Shown here: positions 56,997 to 64,000 of the stretch, one piece after another
Position numbering within the stretch: position 1 is the stretch's first letter
How the letters are laid out: every line of letters starts with the position of its first letter
Origin: Planctomycetota bacterium
GTDB lineage: Bacteria; Planctomycetota; UBA8108; SXIK01
Direction of reading: 5' to 3'
Assembly: GCA_965223265.1 (NCBI GenBank)
Contig: OZ244999.1
Span: forward strand, 5,984,001-6,048,000
DNA: 64,000 nucleotides
The notes under the pieces: generated by a model
What the model was told of the DNA's origin: nothing
Database searches by the model: none
The model's input: only the letters and a program-made list of their open reading frames with translations
Program-made: the position numbers and the translations under genes

Positions 56997-59900
56997 TTAC
57001 GGCGGCACGTCGAGGCCTCCCGTAGCACTGCTCTCGCCGTTCACCACCATGGTCGCGTCACCGCCGAGCGCCGGGAGCGGCACCTGAACCTGCGCAGAAC
57101 TCTGGCGCGTCAGCGTGATTTGGTAGCGCACCGAGACCCCCTCTTTGCTGGGATCGAGGAGCAAGCTCAGCACATTGAGAGGCACGACCACAGTGCCGTC
57201 GCTGTCGGGAACTTCCGTGCGAAGGAGGACTTCCTCCGTCGTGTTCGATGCGAAGAAAAACGCGGACGAGTTGACCTCCACCAGCATCTGATCGGCCGCT
57301 GCGTTGGGAACCCACGAGATCACGAGCGGCTCGTCAAGTGTCGCAGCGATATTGTCCAGGTCAGGCTCAGTCACGACCGGCTCCGGAGGAAGCGTGATCG
57401 ACGCACTCAGGGGGCCGACGTCGACACCACCGCTCGACCCGAACGAAACTTCTTGCCCTGGCCCGTAGCCGAGGTCCGCCAGCGCCTGCTCGCCCTGAAA
57501 GAAGAACACACCGCTCGGGATCACGATGCCGTCTTCGTCGATGCCAGCATCGAGCGTCACAGGAGAGGCTCCCACCGCCGACGCCGCCAACGTTCGGCCG
57601 GCGTCGAGGAAAACGACCTCAGCCAAGAACGCTCCGACGTCGACGTTCGCGCCGCACGTTGATGTCACCACGGTGAATCCCGAAACATCAGTTTCAGACG
57701 ACGAACACAGCACTTCGTCCTCGGCGAACTCGAGGACGCGCTCCACACTCCCAAGCGTGCCGGCCAGAAAGAAACCCGCCATGTCGAAGTCGACGACACC
57801 CGCTTCCTTCTCGCTGACGACTTGGATCAGTCCAAGAGCTTCCGCCGTCGGCTGGAGGACGAAGGTCCCAAGGTCGATCGTACCCGGCTCCGTCGGCGCA
57901 TCGATCTGGGTGGTCGCAAAGAGGAGTGCATCCGCGTCGCGCGCCAGCGTCGCGATCTGGATCGGAGCAACCGTGGCGACTTCGGCGTCGATGGAAAACA
58001 TCCCCTGAGCGTCAAGAAAGTTCTGCTCAAGGAGCGTGCCGGTTCTGAGCACGACGCTGTCGGCAGGCGGGATGGTGTCGTCTGGCAAACGCACCGATCC
58101 CGTTAGCGTGACGAAGACAGATGGAGAGGCACGGAACTCCCACGTAAACGGCTGCACGAGTCCGTTCCCAGCCAAATCCTCGACCGCCGTCGTCAACTCA
58201 GCGCGGTAGAGACCGCGCGGCAGCTCACCGTCAATCGTGAAGAACGCACCGAGAAGCTCGTCGCGATACTCCAGAACCAGTGGCGCCACAGCGACATCGT
58301 CGACAGTGTCGAAAGCGGTGTCGAGACCGGCCTCGCGTAGAAGGAAAGTCTCGTCCGTAATCGTCGCAGCGTCGATCGATTCGTCGAAGAACGCCGCCAC
58401 GAGTGTCACGTCACCCGAATCCTCTGCAGGCGAGACGTTCGTCACCGTCGGCGGAATGAATTCACTCGCCGCGACGAGCGTCAGCGTCAACTCGTCGGTC
58501 CACGTGCCGTTGCCGCCGGAGTCTACCGCCATCGCCCGAAGCGTGAACGACTCCGTGTCTGCAAGGCGCGGCGTGACGAATCGATGTTCAAACGGAAAAC
58601 TCCCATCACTTCCGGCGCGTGTCCCATCGATATAGAAGTCCACGCTTCGCACCTGAACGTCATCTTGCACGAGGGCAACAACGCCGACCGCGGAGCCCTC
58701 GAAGGCCGTTTGTGCCACCAGGTCGAGGCCACTCCCGGCGACGAGCGAGATGGTCGGCGGCTCACCAAGTAGGTCGAAGGCGAGATAGTTGACGATCGCA
58801 ATCTCGGTGGCGTTGCCGATGTAGGCGAGACCGTTCTGGATTCCCATTTCGGTTGGAATCGAAGGGAGGTCGATGTTCCCCAGGAGAATGTCGGTGTTCT
58901 GCGGATCCGACGCGTCCCAGATGTCCACGTCGGCCACGTTGCCGGCCAACGAAAGGAGGGTGCGACTACCGTTGAACGCGAGTGCCCCCGGGCCGAATTG
59001 CCCTGGCCCGGTCGCTTGACCAAGGACGGTCGGGTCGGACGGATCTGAGATATCGAAGCTATCAACGCCTCGGGGCTGACCGACATAGAGAACCGGAAAC
59101 GCGTTGAAGATTGCAGTAGGCCGTTCGTCGGGCACAAAGCTGCCGACGACGCGGGGAAAACCGGCGCCAAGCTGCATGAGCGCGATCGTCTCAGTTCCGC
59201 GAGCGACGAGGCTGTCCCCGCTCAGAGAGAGGATCGTGAAGACATCACTTGGGTCCAGCGGCGTGCTGCCGAGAGCCGTACCGCTCGCCAGGTCCACCGT
59301 CACGACGCGATGTCCGCAACCGACGTATGCAAGCGGGCCGGAGGAGACGAGAGCGTTTGGAATCCCGCCGAGCTCAAGAAAGTCGAGCTCGTGGATGACG
59401 TCCGTCGAGCCGGGGTTCGAGATATCGACCACCGACAGTGCAGTGGTGGAAACCACACCGGCGTGAGTTCCCGAGCACGCGACGGCGCGGGCGTCAGGGA
59501 TCTCGACTTGGCCAATGACCGTGGGATCAATACCGCGGACAGTTTCGTAAATCAGGAGGCCGAACGACGTCGCCACGAGGATTCGATCGTCGACCAGACA
59601 AACGTCCCGCGCCGGACTCTGCAAAGAAACTGCGCTGACAATTCCCGTGCGCGCCGCGGTTCCTTCCAGCGGATCGGTTCCCTGGAGAACCTCCATGCCA
59701 TCTTTGATGCCGTCGTCGTCGGTGTCGTCGTCGTTCGGCGACGTTCCGACGATTCCTTCTGCAATGTCGACGAGAAGGTCGCCGTCGCTATCCGGTTCGC
59801 CGTCCAGGCTACGGATCTCAAAAGGAGCCACAAACGCACGCCCGCCCACAGACGGCGTGACGCCGCGAGAGACGCCGACGCTGCCAATCTCAAGGTTGAG

Positions 59901-62306
59901 CACTTCCAAAGTGTAGCTGAGAAGGGGACCGACGCGAATAGTATCGAAGTCTTCGCCGCGAATCTCAAAGGGCGGAGATTCCGGACTCTGCACCGTCATG
60001 CGATAGGGGCCACGTTCAAACGGCCCCTTGGCGCTCAGGAGAACGCGCGTCGCCGACTCAATTTGAGTCAGCTGTTCTTGGAGCCCCTCGGCAGCGGCTG
60101 CCAGCTCCATCGCGGCTTCAAAGTCGCTCACGGCCGCGTCGGTGAGCGCTCTCAGTTCCTGGAGCGCGGCGAGGATCTCATCATCTCCGACACCGCCGCC
60201 GGCGCCGCCGTTCTGCATCTGCTCGAGCTCCTTGTTCTGAATGACGGTGACGACGTTGTCGAGCGCGATGCAAACACCGGTGAGCGGCGCGTTGCGAATC
60301 GCACCGTCGAGCTGCTTTGCACTGTCGCGCAGGGTCGTCGCGAGATTCTTCACCGGCTCAGCCACCGAGCAGGCCGAGTTGACGAACGACCCGAAGCACT
60401 CTTTGCGTCTGCACACGATGTCGATCGCGGTGCTCGAGATCGACACGGCGCAGTCGGCGACGTCGATCGCTTTGGAGACAGGGTTCTGACGCGTGACGCG
60501 ATCGACCACCGCCTTGACGCCGTTCTTGCCAGCCTGCACGCCTTGAACCGCTGTCTTGGCGTCGGCGATCGACAGGTCACCCGCTTGCCAGTTGACTGTG
60601 ATCGTGGCGATGCTCTCCCCCATTGTTCTCAGACCATCGAACGCCTGAACGGCGGCATTGATCGTCGCCAGGACACCTGTGAGCTCACTAACGCAGCCAA
60701 GCGCCGTTTTAGCGAGTGCTGCCGCGTCACTCAGGTCGAGCTCGGGGCACTCCGGCTTCTTCGGCTCTTCGGGTGGCTTCGGTGGCCGATCCAACTGAGC
60801 ACGAGGTCGCGTTGGGGCGTGCCAACCGGGCGCCAGCAAGCCAAAGCCGGCGTCGCTACAGATCAGCGTGCCGTCGCTGCTCACGGTGGCTGGCCCAACG
60901 ACGTCGAATTCTCCCGTGTCATGGTTGAAGCTCCAGACGGTGCCCTTGTCGCCAGGTGCCAGGAGTGCGCCAGTCACCGAATCCGGTAGATTTGGGAAAC
61001 AGACCGGCACCGGTTCGTCAAAGTTGGATGCCCCGTCGGTCTGCACGGTGACGACGATCGCCGGAGCCAAATCGGGAGGCAGCGGCGCCGGCAGTCGATC
61101 AGGCGCCACCGGCGCGATCCCCAGCATGCCGCCGATGGTTCCGTCGTCAGCAAAGAGCCCGGCCGGCGGCACGCGAACCTCGACGCCTGCAAACTCGGGG
61201 AACTCCGCCAGCACGGAGGGAGGAAACGAGATCACAGTCTCTACAACCTCGCTCACAGGCTGAAGAGTGCCGTCGTCAATGAGTGGCAAGTAGATCGTAC
61301 CGATGTCGTTCTCGACTCCGGCCTCCAGCTCCCACGACTTGCCCACCGAAGGATAGTACGCACCCGCGGGCACACCGCTGCTGGCCGTGCGTCCGTTGAT
61401 GTGGACAAAGATGGTGCCGGCGGGCGCGGGATCGAGGACAAAGTTGCCTGTCGCGTCGGTAGCCGCGTGGAGCGTCTCTTCCATTCCATCGACAGTGATG
61501 GTGACTCCTTCGAGCGGTACATCTATGGGCGCGCCTTCCGGCGTCTCTCCTGGTTGCGAGGCGGCCACACGGCCGATGGCGGATGTGCCAGCGAGCGGAG
61601 TGACGGTGGCGGTGTCAAACTCGAACGTCGTGGTGCCGCCAGGAAGGCCGTCGCCATCGGCGTCCACCGCTTGTCCGAAAGCATCCAGCAAGGCGCTGCC
61701 GGCAAGCGTCACGCGGATCCGTGCACTGGCAGGAAGAGGCTCGGCGTAGAACAAAGTCACACGGGTCGCGTCGGCGGAGACGTGCAGCCGCGCGGTGAGA
61801 TCGTCGGCACCGAACGTTGCGTGAAGCGCTGCGGAGGAGACGGTGGCTGGATCGATGGCGGCATCAAACTCGACGAACGTCTCGCGCGTCAGTGCGACGT
61901 GGCGCTCTGCAGCGAGGGGACTCGTGCGCACGACGCTCGTGACACCGTCGTCACAGTCGGAGTCGCAAGTGAAAGGGTCCGGGGTAGCGTCGCAGCCGGG
62001 ATCGGGGAACGGCGCGGCGGGAGGTGGCCCAAAGCGAAAGAGGTGATTGAGAAGAAAAATAGGGTCGGAAATGTCGAGACGACCGCTGTCGTCAACGTCG
62101 AGAGCGTCCACGCAGTCCGGCACGACACTGCCGACAAACTCGTAAATCAGAATGAAAATCGGGTCGGAGATATCGAGGGCGCCGTCGGCGTTGGCGTCAC
62201 CACGAACAAAATCTGCGGCCTTGACGGCAGGAAGAAGAATCGAAAAAGCGAAGACGCTGGCAGAGATCAAACAAGCGGGCGCACGTCCGCGGAGTGCATG
62301 ACTCAT
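56997..62306 (-). CDS. Large secreted multidomain protein: dockerin-like module, Ig-like domains, helical Cys-containing region, TSP3-like motif, LVIVD repeats
   Basis: GAGGAG RBS; signal peptide; DFVRGDANADG; Big_5-like VVRTSP and PPTVTNVSP...EDLAGNGL; DSDGD...DTDDDGIKDG; LSVVDISNP, FDISDPSDP, WDASDP. Confidence 0.85.
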   Translation of the reverse strand: MSHALRGRAPACLISASVFAFSILLPAVKAADFVRGDANADGALDISDPIFILIYEFVGSVVPDCVDALDVDDSGRLDISDPIFLLNHLFRFGPPPAAPFPDPGCDATPDPFTCDSDCDDGVTSVVRTSPLAAERHVALTRETFVEFDAAIDPATVSSAALHATFGADDLTARLHVSADATRVTLFYAEPLPASARIRVTLAGSALLDAFGQAVDADGDGLPGGTTTFEFDTATVTPLAGTSAIGRVAASQPGETPEGAPIDVPLEGVTITVDGMEETLHAATDATGNFVLDPAPAGTIFVHINGRTASSGVPAGAYYPSVGKSWELEAGVENDIGTIYLPLIDDGTLQPVSEVVETVISFPPSVLAEFPEFAGVEVRVPPAGLFADDGTIGGMLGIAPVAPDRLPAPLPPDLAPAIVVTVQTDGASNFDEPVPVCFPNLPDSVTGALLAPGDKGTVWSFNHDTGEFDVVGPATVSSDGTLICSDAGFGLLAPGWHAPTRPRAQLDRPPKPPEEPKKPECPELDLSDAAALAKTALGCVSELTGVLATINAAVQAFDGLRTMGESIATITVNWQAGDLSIADAKTAVQGVQAGKNGVKAVVDRVTRQNPVSKAIDVADCAVSISSTAIDIVCRRKECFGSFVNSACSVAEPVKNLATTLRDSAKQLDGAIRNAPLTGVCIALDNVVTVIQNKELEQMQNGGAGGGVGDDEILAALQELRALTDAAVSDFEAAMELAAAAEGLQEQLTQIESATRVLLSAKGPFERGPYRMTVQSPESPPFEIRGEDFDTIRVGPLLSYTLEVLNLEIGSVGVSRGVTPSVGGRAFVAPFEIRSLDGEPDSDGDLLVDIAEGIVGTSPNDDDTDDDGIKDGMEVLQGTDPLEGTAARTGIVSAVSLQSPARDVCLVDDRILVATSFGLLIYETVRGIDPTVIGQVEIPDARAVACSGTHAGVVSTTALSVVDISNPGSTDVIHELDFLELGGIPNALVSSGPLAYVGCGHRVVTVDLASGTALGSTPLDPSDVFTILSLSGDSLVARGTETIALMQLGAGFPRVVGSFVPDERPTAIFNAFPVLYVGQPRGVDSFDISDPSDPTVLGQATGPGQFGPGALAFNGSRTLLSLAGNVADVDIWDASDPQNTDILLGNIDLPSIPTEMGIQNGLAYIGNATEIAIVNYLAFDLLGEPPTISLVAGSGLDLVAQTAFEGSAVGVVALVQDDVQVRSVDFYIDGTRAGSDGSFPFEHRFVTPRLADTESFTLRAMAVDSGGNGTWTDELTLTLVAASEFIPPTVTNVSPAEDSGDVTLVAAFFDESIDAATITDETFLLREAGLDTAFDTVDDVAVAPLVLEYRDELLGAFFTIDGELPRGLYRAELTTAVEDLAGNGLVQPFTWEFRASPSVFVTLTGSVRLPDDTIPPADSVVLRTGTLLEQNFLDAQGMFSIDAEVATVAPIQIATLARDADALLFATTQIDAPTEPGTIDLGTFVLQPTAEALGLIQVVSEKEAGVVDFDMAGFFLAGTLGSVERVLEFAEDEVLCSSSETDVSGFTVVTSTCGANVDVGAFLAEVVFLDAGRTLAASAVGASPVTLDAGIDEDGIVIPSGVFFFQGEQALADLGYGPGQEVSFGSSGGVDVGPLSASITLPPEPVVTEPDLDNIAATLDEPLVISWVPNAAADQMLVEVNSSAFFFASNTTEEVLLRTEVPDSDGTVVVPLNVLSLLLDPSKEGVSVRYQITLTRQSSAQVQVPLPALGGDATMVVNGESSATGGLDVPP

Positions 62307-62593
62307 GGATCGCTCCTCGGGCGCGTCTACCGGATCCGGGGGCCATGCTACTCGACGATTTGGGTGTGGGCATCGTCAAAGGTGGTGGTTTGATTGAGAT
62401 TGAGAGTCAGGTGAGGCGGTTGATTTTCGTGTGATTGGCGATGCTTGCTCGTCGGTGATCAGCTGCTGCCACTCGCGGCAACTATGGACTCAAAGATCAG
62501 GAATCGCATTGAATGCGTCCGTTCTAGTCGCTGAAAAGGACTATGAATTGAGGTTGATCGTGCGTACGACGTCGTCCAGGCTCGTGGTGCAAT

Positions 62594-63426
62594 TCAGCGG
62601 GGCGTGCTCTCACCCCGGAACCTCTTCAGGGCTTACCGCTACTCGGACCCACTCATGTTCGTCGCTCGTCGCCGCACTGAGAGCCAAGAGGACGTCCTCG
62701 GTGACGAGACCGATCTCCGCAATCGCCCAAACACCGAAGAGTCGGACGCGGAAACTCGATCACCCAGTACATCGACGAGAGCACGCACTGTCTGTGGACC
62801 ATCGACTTCCTTCGCAAGTGCCGCCAGCGTCAGCACGGCGAATCGTCTCGTGTTTGGATTCGCGGCCGAGAGCATCTTCAGGAGATGAGGGATCGCTGAT
62901 CTTCCCATGTTCTCCGCCGCCTTCCGAAGACCAACATCCAAGGTCACGTTCACGTAGACATTTTCAAGATTCAACGGAACTCCCACATCCCACGGGCTCC
63001 CGTCGTATAGTTGTCCAAACAGCCACCCTTCATCCTGAATTCCTTTCGCCACAAGCGGCATCGCTCGGCTTCCGATCTGTGCGATGACTCTCCCTGGCCA
63101 GAAATTCTGCCAATCCGCCTCTCTCATCTCGAAGACCATCACGTGAGTCGACCGAGAAACCCCCTTCGGAAGGATCCGTACGTAATCGCATGACACCTCG
63201 AGCTCGTTCTTCTGCCAATCTCGCAAGATAGAAAGAAGCTTGGGCACTGCCTTCGTCGATCGCAACTGGCCGAGCTTCTCAGCCGCGTGTCCTTGTCCTC
63301 GGACTCCAACTTCCAGAGATACCGTCGCTCCAACAGGATGTCTCTGGAAGCGTATCCAGCAATACCGAGCACGAGGAGTCCGAGCGCGATCATCAACCGA
63401 GCGAGAGGTCTGCCTTGGTAGACCAT
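62594..63426 (-). pseudogene. Membrane-anchored HEAT-repeat gene broken by about three frameshifts (pseudogene or sequencing indels)
   Basis: MVYQGRP...TM...LLERRYLWKLESEDKDT switches frame to AAEKLGQLRS (~63285); DVLGDR switches to FRVRLFGVWAIAEIG (~62755); EWVRVA switches to ALKRFRGE (~62633). Confidence 0.7.
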
Positions 63427-63559
63427 CGATTGAACCTCGCACACTCTTGAAGCCTTGAAATTCCCGCTCCAGCTCTCCACCCGAGATCGATTGAACTATT
63501 TTAGTCGTCCCCGCAACCTACTGTGTAAGAGACGACTTTTGAACGATGAGAATCGAATC

Positions 63560-64000
63560 ATGCGGGAATCCCTTGAGCGCCTCTCCGATCTGATCCTGGT
63601 CTTGCGGATCCAATCTGGAGACGAGGAGGCGTTCGCGGGGCTCGTAGCGAAGTACAGCCCGCGACTCAGGTTCTTCCTCAAAAAGTTGCTGGGTGAAGAC
63701 GAGCACCGCGTTGACGACGCGCTGCAGGACGTTTGGTTGAGCGCCTATCGTGGAATCCAGCGTCTCAAGAATCCTCAGGCGTCTTCCGCCTGGCTATTCC
63801 GGATCGCCCACGATCGAGCTGCGAAAGAATATCGCCGGAGGAAACTACCAACGCAGCCGTTGGAGGAATCTCACGCAGGCAACCAAACAGCCGCAGGCTC
63901 GACCAACGGCGCCCTCCTCGCCGAAGACGCGGAATGTATTCACCGCGCTCTGGATCAGCTCTCACCAGATCACCGCGAGGTACTGATCCTTCGATTTCTC
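63560..64000 (+). CDS. ECF sigma-70 factor (3' end outside window; absent from the ORF track)
   Basis: ATG 63560: MRESLERLSDLILVLRIQSGDEEAFAGLVAKYSPRL...DDALQDVWL...AWLFRIAH...IHRALDQLSPDHREVLILRFL, open to the window end. Confidence 0.88.
   Translation, partial: MRESLERLSDLILVLRIQSGDEEAFAGLVAKYSPRLRFFLKKLLGEDEHRVDDALQDVWLSAYRGIQRLKNPQASSAWLFRIAHDRAAKEYRRRKLPTQPLEESHAGNQTAAGSTNGALLAEDAECIHRALDQLSPDHREVLILRFL

Noticed and set aside
2974-60989. Long alternative ORFs (e.g. 2974-3987, 8375-9742, 11510-12553, 31332-32465, 33393-34559, 47298-48575, 53949-55151, 59310-60989)
   Set aside because: Antisense shadows of well-supported genes in high-GC DNA, with no recognisable motifs.

Overview
GC-rich, gene-dense bacterial window, most likely from Planctomycetota. 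This is inferred from six proteins with the Cys-capped planctomycete dockerin-like module (F-x-RGD-x-N...DISD...CG-x-D-x-T-x-D-x-L-x-C), four ECF sigma factors, two Hanks kinases, HEAT proteins, a sulfatase and a Tat-type Gfo/Idh/MocA oxidoreductase. I found no rRNA, tRNA, CRISPR array, integrase or transposase. About 35 genes are supportable, mostly secreted or regulatory. Highlights: (1) a secreted ~1,810-aa protein combining 14 FG-GAP repeats, a phospho-His swivel motif placed before a PEP-synthase-type ATP-grasp domain (the glucan-water-dikinase order) and a dockerin-like tail; (2) a DUF433/PIN toxin-antitoxin pair between two identical 80-bp direct repeats inside a split FluG/NodGS-like GS + amidohydrolase operon; (3) a Cys-rich NemR-like TetR with matching operator palindromes upstream of itself and of a Cys-rich secreted protein; (4) a phosphatase-fold/cytochrome c'-like lipoprotein; (5) a coupled pair of YcgL/RlaP-like nucleotidyltransferases; (6) a perfect REP doublet; (7) frameshifted genes. 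Domain calls come from motif recognition by eye, not database searches.
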